From: Candidatus Poribacteria bacterium
GTDB lineage: Bacteria > Poribacteria > WGA-4E > WGA-3G
Length of the DNA: 64,000 nucleotides
NCBI GenBank assembly: GCA_958295815.1
Contig: OY282374.1
Coordinates: 514,856-578,855, forward strand
Reading direction: 5' to 3'
Position 1 is the first letter of the stretch; each line of letters begins with the position of its first letter. The position numbers and the translations under genes are program-made. Below are positions 29,862-38,954 of this stretch, piece after piece. The notes under the pieces were generated by a model. That model saw nothing but the letters and a program-made list of their open reading frames with translations, did not search any database and was not told where the DNA came from.

Positions 29862-31303
29862 GCATCGCTGTTATTTTTATCTACCTTATTATGGTGCTGG
29901 TGCTCGGTGCTCTGAGCCATAAACTGTTCCGAAATACTGGGGAAGACTACTTTGTTGCGAGCCGGACAATCAATTGGTTCGTCCTATTGATGACGCTGTT
30001 CGGTACGAACATGACAGCGTTCTCGATTCTCGGGGCATCGGGTGAAGCCTATCATAGGGGGATCGGTGTTTTTGCACTGATGGCTTCGTCTACTGCTATA
30101 GTCGCACCGTGTGTGTTTCTCTTTATTGGGACTCGTCTCTGGCGACTCGGAAAGCGGTTTGGTTATGTGACACAGGCGCAGTACTTCCGCGACCGATGGG
30201 AGTCCAGTGGCTTGGGTCTGCTGCTCTTCATCGTGTTGGTGCTACTGCTTATTCCATATCTGCTCATTGGGGTGATGGGCGGTGGTGGAACGTTGGCGAC
30301 GCTCACAGATGGTAAAATTCCACAGTGGATGGGTGGTTTACTCATTTGCGCTGTTGTCCTGAGTTACGTTACCTACAGTGGTATGCGAGGCACTGCTTGG
30401 GTGAACACTTTCCAAACACTCGTTTTCATGGCTCTCGGAGGCGTTACCTTCTTCGTCATTGTAAACAAGATGGGCGGGTTGTCAAACGCTGTTTCTAAAG
30501 TGGATCCGGGTTTGCTGATGCAAGCGGAGCATATTAAGCCCTTGGAACTATTAACGTATATCTGTATGCCGCTCTGTGTTGGTATGTTTCCGCATATCTT
30601 TTCACATTTCCTAACGGCAAAAGAGGCTGGAACGTTCCGCTATGCGATTATCTTATATCCGCTGTGTATTGCGGTTGTCTGGATTCCGAGCGTGCTGCTC
30701 GGCATATTTGGAAATGTGGATGTCCCCGATTTAAAGGGTTCTCAGGCGAACAACGTGCTGATTCAAATGATTCATATACACGCCCCTGGGGTCTTGGCTG
30801 GGTTTTTAGGTGCCGGTGTTTTCGCTGCGATTATGTCCTCGCTGGACTCACAGTCGCTTGCGATAGGGAGTATGTTTACACACGATATCGTTGCGCATTA
30901 TCGTCGAGAAGCGTTTTCGGAAAAACAGCGGGTGTGGGTAGGACGACTATTTGTGAGTGGTGTGCTTTGTATCACTTATCTTATATCGCTCGTCGCAACC
31001 CCGAGTATTTTCAGACTCGCCGTGTGGTCATTTACTGGATTTTCGGGGCTCTTTCCGATTGTGGTCGCGGCGTTGTTTTGGCGGCGTAGCACCAAGCACG
31101 GCGTGTTCGCCGCAATCATAAGTGTTATTGTATTATGGCTCTATTTCTTTCTCCGAAATTGGCAGACACCGGGGTATACTGTCGGTGGAACCGGGATTAT
31201 GCCTGTTGCGGTCTTGATTATTGTTTCCTCTTGTACGCTAATACTCGTTTCTCTGTTCACAAAACCGCCGAGCACACAAACACTTGGAAAATTTTTTGAT
31301 TAA
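29858..31303 (+). CDS. sodium:solute symporter (SSS) family transporter
   Basis: 13-TM topology with SSS N-terminal signature (YFVASRTINWFV...GASGEAY). Confidence 0.85.
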   Translation: MSIAVIFIYLIMVLVLGALSHKLFRNTGEDYFVASRTINWFVLLMTLFGTNMTAFSILGASGEAYHRGIGVFALMASSTAIVAPCVFLFIGTRLWRLGKRFGYVTQAQYFRDRWESSGLGLLLFIVLVLLLIPYLLIGVMGGGGTLATLTDGKIPQWMGGLLICAVVLSYVTYSGMRGTAWVNTFQTLVFMALGGVTFFVIVNKMGGLSNAVSKVDPGLLMQAEHIKPLELLTYICMPLCVGMFPHIFSHFLTAKEAGTFRYAIILYPLCIAVVWIPSVLLGIFGNVDVPDLKGSQANNVLIQMIHIHAPGVLAGFLGAGVFAAIMSSLDSQSLAIGSMFTHDIVAHYRREAFSEKQRVWVGRLFVSGVLCITYLISLVATPSIFRLAVWSFTGFSGLFPIVVAALFWRRSTKHGVFAAIISVIVLWLYFFLRNWQTPGYTVGGTGIMPVAVLIIVSSCTLILVSLFTKPPSTQTLGKFFD

Positions 31304-31619
31304 TTGTTAGTAACGCGACCACCAAAAGAATAAGAAAAAGGGCACAGCAAACTGGTAAGGTTTCGAGAGTATTCTAACGCAAGTTGCCGTTTTCTAAACA
31401 GGGTTCCTTTCCCTTGAATTTAGTTCTTGAACCGTGCTATTATCATATTGAGAAATCATTTACATTAAATGGAATTATCATTATAATGTTTTTGGAATTT
31501 AGTCAGCGTTGTTTTGCTTAGCGGACAACAAGATTGTTCGAATATCTTTCAAGGTTTTGTCAAGGAAAAAAGGAGGCGGACGGACCTCTCTAACCTGAGG
31601 GTTGAGGTTTTTAGTCCGA

Positions 31620-32405
31620 ATGTTGATGGCACCCAAAAAAACTATTTGTTTTCTTTTACTGATAACATGCATCTTCGCATGCGAGAAAGCTGAAGAACCA
31701 CTTGAACCGGAACCTGAAGAACCGATAGTTCTTGAGTATGGCACTGTTTCTGGTACTGTTACTGATGCTGGGACAGGAAACCCTATCCCTGGCGTCCTTG
31801 TAACCCTATTTGAGAAAGCAATCCTAACCGGTATAGATGGTGCTTACACTTTTCAAAACGTTCTTTACGGGGATGCCCATGCCCTGATGGCAGAGGATAT
31901 GCATTACAAGCCTCATAGTCAGTCTGTTGCCCTCAAACAAGAACGCTTGACCGTGAATGTTGCGCTAACACCGTTAAAGGATCCGGTGCTGGAAATAGAG
32001 GATTTTTTTGAGCATTTCTCCGACCTACTTGAGTCTGTAGATATGGAAAATATTGAAGCGATTCAGGCACTTTTTTCGGAAACTTATGCCGCTGCAGATG
32101 ATGATGCTACCGTCTTCGGTGTAGCGTCAGGAATAATTCCTGAAAATTATGAAGATATCGATCCAGCGATTAGCCAACTTTTTATGGAGTATACCTTCCT
32201 TGAATTCATATTCCAGGACGTGGAGATGGATGTGAAGCATGCCAAGAAAGCGGCTGTAACACTTCGGCTTGATGTGAACGCGAGAAAAGAGGGGGAAGAA
32301 GACTTAAGAGAAATCAAAGCCGATTGTAAATTTGAGTTCCGGCGTGAAGGCGCAGATTGGAAAATTGTATACTGGCAGCTTCTTGCAATAGACATCCGCT
32401 TGTGA
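31620..32405 (+). CDS. lipoprotein with carboxypeptidase-regulatory-like beta-sandwich and SnoaL/NTF2-like C-terminal region
   Basis: lipobox IFAC; GTVSGTVTDAGTGNPIPGVLVTL CarbopepD_reg-like motif. Confidence 0.45.
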   Translation: MLMAPKKTICFLLLITCIFACEKAEEPLEPEPEEPIVLEYGTVSGTVTDAGTGNPIPGVLVTLFEKAILTGIDGAYTFQNVLYGDAHALMAEDMHYKPHSQSVALKQERLTVNVALTPLKDPVLEIEDFFEHFSDLLESVDMENIEAIQALFSETYAAADDDATVFGVASGIIPENYEDIDPAISQLFMEYTFLEFIFQDVEMDVKHAKKAAVTLRLDVNARKEGEEDLREIKADCKFEFRREGADWKIVYWQLLAIDIRL

Positions 32406-32449
32406 TTTCGAGGGTGGGACTTTCAAACTCGCGAGCAACGATATAGTAT

Positions 32450-33295
32450 CTAACACTGAGATAGAAAATTCGCAAGGGCTGCGAATTCTGTGATGTCTAA
32501 TGTTTCAGGGCGTCGCTCTGGGGCTATGCCGAGTTCCTCAAACGCAGCTGCCAATCCATCTGCCGACGCGAATCTGCCGCGGACTAAGGCGTTTTTTAGC
32601 ATTTTTCGTCGTGTCCTGAACGCCGTCCGTACGACTTTAAAGAACAGTTCCTCATCTTCGACGTCAACCTTCGGACTTTTGTGCATCGTCAGTTTTAGAA
32701 CGGCAGAATCTACCTTCGGTGCGGGGTAAAAGTTTTCTGGCGATAGCGTGGCAATTAGCGTCGTTTCAGCATGATAAGCGACACCAATCGTCATGGCACC
32801 ATACTCCTTCCCTCCGGGTCCAGCAACAATCCTTTCCGCTACTTCCTTCTGCATCATTAATATACAACTGTGAATCTGTTTCTGATGGGCAAGAAGTTTC
32901 CACAAAATGGGTGTTGTGATATTGTAGGGCAGATTTGCGATGACTTTGTAGAGATGTGATGCGTCGTCAGATTCAAACAGTGAATTGAATTCCAGTTTAA
33001 GGATGTCTGCGTTAAGGAGGTGGACGCGTGAATCTATGGAAAATTGCGACACTAAAGCCTTGTATAACAATTCATCCACTTCAACGGCAATGACCTGTTT
33101 GGCACGCTCCGCCAAGGTATTGGTGAGATGACCTAACCCGGCACCGATTTCTATAACGGTATCACTGTCTGTGAGTTCCCCGGCTTCAAGAATAATATTG
33201 AGCACTTCTGGATTAACGAGGAAATTCTGTCCTAATTGCTTTTTAGGGCGTGTATGATTGAGGGCAAAAAAGTCACGGACCTGTTGTTGGTTCAT
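32450..33295 (-). CDS. rsmA: 16S rRNA (adenine1518/1519-N6)-dimethyltransferase
   Basis: LGQNFLVNPEVLN...IEIGAGLGHLT KsgA motifs. Confidence 0.9.
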   Translation of the reverse strand: MNQQQVRDFFALNHTRPKKQLGQNFLVNPEVLNIILEAGELTDSDTVIEIGAGLGHLTNTLAERAKQVIAVEVDELLYKALVSQFSIDSRVHLLNADILKLEFNSLFESDDASHLYKVIANLPYNITTPILWKLLAHQKQIHSCILMMQKEVAERIVAGPGGKEYGAMTIGVAYHAETTLIATLSPENFYPAPKVDSAVLKLTMHKSPKVDVEDEELFFKVVRTAFRTRRKMLKNALVRGRFASADGLAAAFEELGIAPERRPETLDITEFAALANFLSQC

Positions 33296-34530
33296 TTTGG
33301 GCTGTTCCGCAGCGTAACAACCTTTGTTAGAATAGTGTCTGCTATGTCGTGTTTGGAGGCACGTGGCAATTGTTCACAAGTACCGTGTCGGTCCAGCAAG
33401 GTGACGATGTTAGTGTCGGATTGGAATCCAGCACCTTCTGCGAGAATGTCGTTCGCGACAATTAGATCGCAATTTTTACGAATCAATTTCTTTTTGGCGT
33501 TCTCGAGAAGGTCGTCTGTTTCAGCAGCGAAGCAGACGAGGGTTTGATGCGTTTTCTGCTCACCAAGAGCCTGGGCTATATCTGGATTCCTTTCAAGTGG
33601 CAGTGTTAAGGGGGCATCAGTCTTTTTGATTTTATGGGGTGTAAATTCGCGTGGACGATAATCGGCAGGCGCAGCCGCCATAATAACAATGTCTGTTCCA
33701 TCGAATGCTTGCAGAACTTCGTCGTGCATCTGGAGTGTTGTCTCGACGTGTTGAGTTTTGATGCTAGCAGGTGGAGAGACAGTCGCGGCTCCGCTGATTA
33801 GACGCACTTCTGCCCCGCGCTGTGCTGCCGCTTGGGCGATAGCGTAGCCCATCTTACCGCTGGAGCGGTTGGTGATAAATCGGACTGGATCGATATACTC
33901 GCGTGTACCACCGGCTGTAACGAGGACGCGTGTGCCGCGCAGATCGTTTATTTCTGCTGTAAGCGCAGTTTCCGATTTTGCCGTGGATACCAGAATACCA
34001 CTTACGCCTTCGAGAATCGTCTCTACTGTATTCAAACGTCCTACACCTTCATAGCCGCATGCCAGATCACCGCTTGCGGGTTCAATGAAATGGAAACCGT
34101 GTGTTTTCAAAGTGTTGATGTTCCGTTGGACGATAGGATTATGATACATGTGCCCGTTCATTGCGGGTGCGAGAAGGACTGGACAATGGACGGAAACAGC
34201 AACAGTAGAGAGTGGATCATCGGCGATGCCGTTTGCGAGTTTACCAATAATATTCGCTGTTGCGGGGACAATCATGAGAAGATCGGCACGGTCGGCGAGA
34301 TCAATGTGCGGAGGTTTCCAATCTGTGCCTGTGTCAAATAAGTCCAGGAGAACCGGGTTTCGCGAGATAACTTGGAATTGCAAAGGTTGGACAAGACGGG
34401 TGGCACTCTCCGTCATAACGACGTGAACAGATGCACCGCTTTTGACAAGTTGGCTCGCCACATCAATCGATTTATGGATGGCTATACCACCTGTGACACC
34501 TAAGATGACGGTCCGATCTTTGAATTCCAT
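33292..34530 (-). CDS. coaBC: bifunctional phosphopantothenoylcysteine decarboxylase / phosphopantothenate-cysteine ligase
   Basis: flavoprotein N-domain (ILGVTGGIAIHK) plus DFP C-domain; 4-nt overlap with ksgA. Confidence 0.9.
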   Translation of the reverse strand: MEFKDRTVILGVTGGIAIHKSIDVASQLVKSGASVHVVMTESATRLVQPLQFQVISRNPVLLDLFDTGTDWKPPHIDLADRADLLMIVPATANIIGKLANGIADDPLSTVAVSVHCPVLLAPAMNGHMYHNPIVQRNINTLKTHGFHFIEPASGDLACGYEGVGRLNTVETILEGVSGILVSTAKSETALTAEINDLRGTRVLVTAGGTREYIDPVRFITNRSSGKMGYAIAQAAAQRGAEVRLISGAATVSPPASIKTQHVETTLQMHDEVLQAFDGTDIVIMAAAPADYRPREFTPHKIKKTDAPLTLPLERNPDIAQALGEQKTHQTLVCFAAETDDLLENAKKKLIRKNCDLIVANDILAEGAGFQSDTNIVTLLDRHGTCEQLPRASKHDIADTILTKVVTLRNSPK

Positions 34531-34580
34531 TTTTTCTGTCGTGAAGTTGTAGCGGTACTTGTAGATCGTAAAGTCTGAAT

Positions 34581-35243
34581 CTAATCTGTACAGTCAACAC
34601 CGAGCAACGGATTAATTGTTTCTATCAGTTGATCATCAATACGGGAGCGTTCGGCGGTAATGATACCTTGAATCTGGTTGACTGCTTGCTGGACTGCGTC
34701 TTCTGGATTGCTGACCCAGTAATCATAATGTTGAATCTCGAGGACTTCAGATTTAGCGATGGCTAAACGCTGTTTCAGTTCTTTTTCTGATTCTGTTTGT
34801 CTGCGACGGAGGCGTTTCTCTAAGATGGCAAAGGATGGTGGAATGATAAAGATGAAAAGGCTTCTTGCTGAATCAAGGTCTTGTGTTCGGATTTGCGATG
34901 CGCCCTGCACCTCGATCTCTAAAATAGCGTCTTTTCCGGCTTCGCGCGCTATCGAGATTTCAGATTTGAGAGTGCCGTAGAAGTTGCCTCGGTATTCTGC
35001 CCATTCTAAGAAGCTGCCCTGCTGAATGTGTTTTTCAAACTCTGCTTTTGATAGGAAATGATAATTAACACCATCCACTTCGTCGGGACGCGGATTGCGC
35101 GTCGTTGCAGAAACGGATAGTTTTAATGTTTGATCGGCTTTGCAAAGGGCACTAACTACAGTGCTTTTCCCTGAGCCAGATGGTCCGGAGATGACAATGA
35201 CAAGGTTCGGTTTGTAGGGATGTGTATTCGCCATTGGAAGCAT
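34581..35243 (-). CDS. gmk: guanylate kinase
   Basis: ISGPSGSGKST P-loop and SATTRNPRPDEVDGVNYHF. Confidence 0.9.
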   Translation of the reverse strand: MLPMANTHPYKPNLVIVISGPSGSGKSTVVSALCKADQTLKLSVSATTRNPRPDEVDGVNYHFLSKAEFEKHIQQGSFLEWAEYRGNFYGTLKSEISIAREAGKDAILEIEVQGASQIRTQDLDSARSLFIFIIPPSFAILEKRLRRRQTESEKELKQRLAIAKSEVLEIQHYDYWVSNPEDAVQQAVNQIQGIITAERSRIDDQLIETINPLLGVDCTD

Positions 35244-35283
35244 CGTGCCCTTGAAAAGATGTGTCTTGCGTCCGAGAGTGTTA

Positions 35284-35742
35284 TTAGTCTGCGGCTTCAG
35301 CCAGTTCTACAAGCACTGGCGATTCAACGCGGATAGCGTCTTTGATACAGACCTCTTCGCACAACTTGCAGCCGACACAATCCTTGGGTTTAACCAATTC
35401 GCAGATACCGAAGAAACTTTCGGCGTGTTCACCGGTGTCTGGATCTTTGAGTTCAAGGCAATCCCATGGGCAAATATGGACACAAAAGTCGCATCCAGAG
35501 CATAGTTCTTCGTAGATAACGGCGATAGGTCGGTGTGTTGGGCGGCGGATGAACTTGCACACCTCGCCGAATTGATCTCGGATTGCCTCGACGGGGCAGA
35601 CCATCCCGCACGCGCTGCAGTCAATACAAATGTTTGGATCGATGATGTGCAGCATGTTCCTATCGCCAGTTATTGCGTCAACTGGGCAGTTGGTTAAACA
35701 TGCCATACATCCGATACATTCGTCAGTGATATAGTATGCCAT
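35284..35742 (-). CDS. poly-4Fe-4S ferredoxin-domain protein (four CxxCxxCxxxCP-type clusters)
   Basis: four Cys clusters CIGCMAC..CP, CIDCSAC..CP, CSGCDFC..CP, CVGCKLC; start at ATG 35742 with RBS. Confidence 0.7.
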   Translation of the reverse strand: MAYYITDECIGCMACLTNCPVDAITGDRNMLHIIDPNICIDCSACGMVCPVEAIRDQFGEVCKFIRRPTHRPIAVIYEELCSGCDFCVHICPWDCLELKDPDTGEHAESFFGICELVKPKDCVGCKLCEEVCIKDAIRVESPVLVELAEAAD

Positions 35743-35866
35743 AAGTTCTTTTCCTGTTCGCTGGCGAGATTTCCTAACCTCGCAGACCTTCATGAAATTC
35801 TCAATGCATATATTTTATCACAATCTTTACAAATTGTCAAGTGTGTTTTGATTTGCCATAATTTTC

Positions 35867-36051
35867 CTGTAGGAGGGATCTCCGAATCCCGATATTAGCT
35901 TCTCTGTAGGAGGGATCTCCGAATCCCGATACATCTTTAGCTTTCCTGTAGGAGGGATCTCCGAATCCCGATACATCTTTAGCTTTCCTGTAGGAGGGAT
36001 CTCCGAATCCCGATATTAGCTTCTCTGTAGGAGGGATCTCCGAATCCCGAT
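35867..36051. repeat. five-copy tandem array of hairpin repeat family A (ctgtaggagggatctccgaatcccgat), with 11-15-nt linkers arranged A-B-B-A
   Basis: exact 27-nt unit five times; linkers attagcttct / acatctttagctttc / acatctttagctttc / attagcttct. Confidence 0.9.
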
Positions 36052-36187
36052 AACTGACAACCGAAAATCGAAGACTGGAAACTACACCGTTGACATTCTG
36101 GCGGTCGTAGACTATAATAACAGTGGTATAGCCCTATGAGAGGGTGCTTTCAAACCATATAAATTATAAAAGGATAAGGTGATTCTG

Positions 36188-36958
36188 ATGGATTTAGGAT
36201 TAAAAGACAAAGTGGTGGTTGTAACAGGTGCGAGTCGCGGGATCGGACGTGCGATCGCACACAGTTTCGCTGATGAAGCGGCGCGCCTGAGTATTTGTGG
36301 CAGAACCGAAGATACACTCCAAAGCGTAACGAGTGAACTCACGGCAAAAGGCGCACAAGTCTTCGCAAAACTCACGGATGTCACAGATACAGGTCAAGTT
36401 GAGGCATTTGTAACGGAAACGCTGGAAACGTATGGCAGGATTGATGTTGTTGTGAACAACGTAGGTGGTAGCCGATGGACCCCTTTAGAAGATATTTCGG
36501 ATACCGAGTGGCACGAGATTTTCGATCTGAACCTGGTTTCTGCAGCACGGGTTAACCAACTCGCGATCCCTGAGATGAAGAAGCAAGGCAGTGGCGTGAT
36601 TCTGATGATTACTTCCATCTACGGCAGGGAGGGTGGTGGACACATTACATATAACGCCGCGAAAGCCGCCGAAATCAGTATGACAAAATCGTTGGCAAGA
36701 GAACTCGCACCGGACAATATCCGTGTAAATAGTGTCGCACCCGGTTCGATTCTCTTTCCGGGCGGCGGTTGGGCGCGCCGGATAGCAGCGGATCCAGAAG
36801 CGATGGAAGCCTTTGTGAAGAGCGATATGCCGTTGGGTAGGTTTGGGAAACCTGAAGAGATTGCGAATGTTGTTGTCTTTCTTGCCTCCGAACGGGCGAG
36901 TCTTGTAACGGGTGCCTGTGTGAACGTTGATGGGTGCCAGACGCACTCAAATATTTGA
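36188..36958 (+). CDS. SDR-family oxidoreductase (3-oxoacyl-ACP reductase-like)
   Basis: TGASRGIGRAIA Rossmann motif and downstream Y..xK catalytic region. Confidence 0.85.
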   Translation: MDLGLKDKVVVVTGASRGIGRAIAHSFADEAARLSICGRTEDTLQSVTSELTAKGAQVFAKLTDVTDTGQVEAFVTETLETYGRIDVVVNNVGGSRWTPLEDISDTEWHEIFDLNLVSAARVNQLAIPEMKKQGSGVILMITSIYGREGGGHITYNAAKAAEISMTKSLARELAPDNIRVNSVAPGSILFPGGGWARRIAADPEAMEAFVKSDMPLGRFGKPEEIANVVVFLASERASLVTGACVNVDGCQTHSNI

Positions 36959-36982
36959 TGTGTCTTGTAGGTAGGTTGGTAT

Positions 36983-37028
36983 GCGGATTATCTCAGCTCA
37001 TTTTTTGTGAGATTATCCGCATTTTTTC
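36983..37028 (+). terminator. rho-independent terminator after the SDR gene
   Basis: perfect 13-bp inverted repeat gcggattatctca/tgagattatccgc followed by attttttcc. Confidence 0.65.
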
Positions 37029-37230
37029 CTTAACATCCTACAACTTTTGAAACTACCGTAGTAGGACTCGTAAACAACTTCTATTTTTCCAGTTGTAGTC
37101 GTTTTTCAGAAAAAAACGGCTCTTCTGTTTATCTTGATAGTGTACGCTTGTGTTCCGGTCATGCCGTGGTAAAGGATACCTTAAGATTTCAGTAGCAATT
37201 TCAACATAAACACTGCTTGTTGTTCGGCAT

Positions 37231-37245
37231 TGGCACGAAACTTGC
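37231..37245 (+). promoter_or_regulatory. sigma-54 (-24/-12) promoter TGGCAC-gaaac-TTGC
   Basis: exact consensus read from sequence. Confidence 0.55.
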
Positions 37246-37406
37246 CTAAGTACTAACATAGTTTGAACACAATGTTCTTGCTAACGAAACTCTAAGTGCT
37301 AACTTTACCTAAAAGGATGACTGAAAATGAAGATTATCTACGTTTTACTCACAACGAATAAGAAATCTTCGACGTAATGTAATTGGGCTGTTACAGAATA
37401 AATATA

Positions 37407-37482
37407 GGGAAACCAGTCTATGTACTGTTCTTGCAGAGAGGATATGTCTTTGCAAGATGAAACGTAGAACAGGTTTCCCTTT
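37407..37482 (+). other. long imperfect hairpin (gggaaacc...ggtttccc) followed by ttt; candidate terminator of a sigma-54-dependent small transcript
   Basis: 8-bp outer stem plus nested inner stems (ctgttc/gaacag, cttgca/tgcaag), T-run after 3' arm. Confidence 0.35.
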
Positions 37483-37797
37483 AGCATTTAAAAGGGGACT
37501 TTCTGTTTTATGGGATCTTGAGCGCGATGTGGAGTATTGCTTGGGTGGATACGTCAAAGTAGTGGAGTTAGCTGCGTCAATAAGACGTATTGCGTCAAAA
37601 TAGCGTGGTTAAAAATCGGTTTGAATTCGTAGCAATAATGGGGTTACGAGCGAGACTTTTATTCTTCAGTTTCAGGAAAACATCTCTTCTTTTTTTCCTG
37701 AATCGAGTGTTTACTTGTGTTTTAGGCACATCATAGTCGAAAAGACGTTTACGATTGTAACAGTTTTGACACAAATATTATGCTATGTTCAAGGGAA

Positions 37798-37812
37798 TGG
37801 CACGAAATTTGC
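37798..37812 (+). promoter_or_regulatory. sigma-54 promoter TGGCAC-gaaat-TTGC about 110 nt upstream of ORF 37925
   Basis: exact consensus read from sequence. Confidence 0.55.
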
Positions 37813-37924
37813 TCTATCAGTTTTATAGTATCATTATGAGAAACCATATACAACGTAGTTAACGTTGGTCAATCATCAGGAACAATGTCACATACTGGAT
37901 CTCTGAATCACAATTCTATAGAGT

Positions 37925-38701
37925 ATGATACCTGGTATAATACTATCGCCAATCCTTAATGAAGAGGGTAGGAGCAGGTGGGCAAAAATCTGCCTATTCC
38001 ACATTCACAGTGAGGTGAAACAAGTGAGAATTGTCATATATACAGCCGGTATTCTTGTCGTCTTAGCGGTTGCATGGACACTGTATCTTAACCTCGGCTT
38101 AAAAGACTTTGAAGCAAGGCTTTCACAGGTTCCTGCGTCTCCCACAACTCCACAGGAGACCTCGCAGGAGACAAAAGTTAGTGAGAGTGATACACAGCCT
38201 GAAACGGAAGTATCCAGTGATGTTTTGGAATTTGATGAGGCTGCTACTGTTGAAGATGTTTACCCGAAAATGGAATCAGAAGAGGATCAAGACTCCCTCG
38301 TTATCTGGACAGACTCGGATACCGAATCGTCCATTGATGCCGAAACAGCGATCGTTGAAGCACCTTTAACTCTTAACGAGGGCACACCGGTAGCAACAGT
38401 TGTGGGTCCCTGTGGTGAAATCTGCGAACCGTCGGAATCGAGTGTAGATATTCTAAGTCTCTCCAAGAATGAGCAGCGTGAGTTCTTCCGTGAAGGCTTG
38501 ATAAGGCGGTTCGGTGATATTCCTGAAGTCCACGTTTTCATTCATTACATGGAACTTGCACACAGTCATCAAACGATTTCAGAGAAAGAGGCTCTGGAAA
38601 ATGCCCGCGCGATTGCCACTCTGTTTCCAAATGAGGCAAACAAAAGACATCTCCAAGAAATGGAGTTGCATGTGGCGTCAAGTAGGGCAACGCGGAGATA
38701 G
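37925..38701 (+). CDS. hypothetical membrane-anchored acidic protein (single TM, Ser/Thr/Glu/Asp-rich extracytoplasmic region); start uncertain
   Basis: TM helix IVIYTAGILVVLAVAWTLYL followed by a low-complexity acidic region; no recognisable domain. Confidence 0.45.
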   Translation: MIPGIILSPILNEEGRSRWAKICLFHIHSEVKQVRIVIYTAGILVVLAVAWTLYLNLGLKDFEARLSQVPASPTTPQETSQETKVSESDTQPETEVSSDVLEFDEAATVEDVYPKMESEEDQDSLVIWTDSDTESSIDAETAIVEAPLTLNEGTPVATVVGPCGEICEPSESSVDILSLSKNEQREFFREGLIRRFGDIPEVHVFIHYMELAHSHQTISEKEALENARAIATLFPNEANKRHLQEMELHVASSRATRR

Positions 38702-38748
38702 CGATTCTTTTGATAAATAGCTTGTCAAAACAATTAATGCAAACAAAA

Positions 38749-38781
38749 ACGACAGGTTGCTCAATCTGTCGTTTTTGTTTT
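38749..38781 (+). terminator. rho-independent terminator (acgacag-gttgctcaat-ctgtcgt + ttttgtttt)
   Basis: 7-bp stem plus U-tract after ORF 37925-38701. Confidence 0.6.
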
Positions 38782-38954
38782 GAAAATTCGTCTAAGTAAG
38801 AAAATACGATTGCCATAGCGGCGGATGTCCCTGCGCCGAAACCTGAATCGAAAGTGAGCTGTTGGAGCGGAATTTTCAAAATGCGAAAGAAATGCGGATC
38901 TTCAAATCCAAACGGTTGATGTTACATACCATCAGAAATCCAACGGAGAGTCTG

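Larger units (their letters stand above)
36960..37924. other. about 960-bp AT-rich non-coding island with two sigma-54 promoters and a long hairpin
   Basis: no ORF above 70 aa on either strand; markedly lower GC than flanking genes. Confidence 0.6.

Noticed and set aside
35867-36051. Tandem repeat arrays (also 62681-62808 and 54286-54415) considered as CRISPR arrays
   Set aside because: Linkers are only 9-17 nt and are repeated identically (A-B-B-A), there are no cas genes, and repeat units are 26-32 nt with spacing far below the CRISPR range
36960-37924. Housekeeping ncRNA (RNase P RNA, tmRNA, SRP RNA, 6S) in the AT-rich island
   Set aside because: No conserved core motifs (e.g. the GGAAAGUCCGG P4 region, the tmRNA tRNA-like ends, the SRP GGAA tetraloop domain) were recognisable by eye; left as an unassigned candidate sRNA
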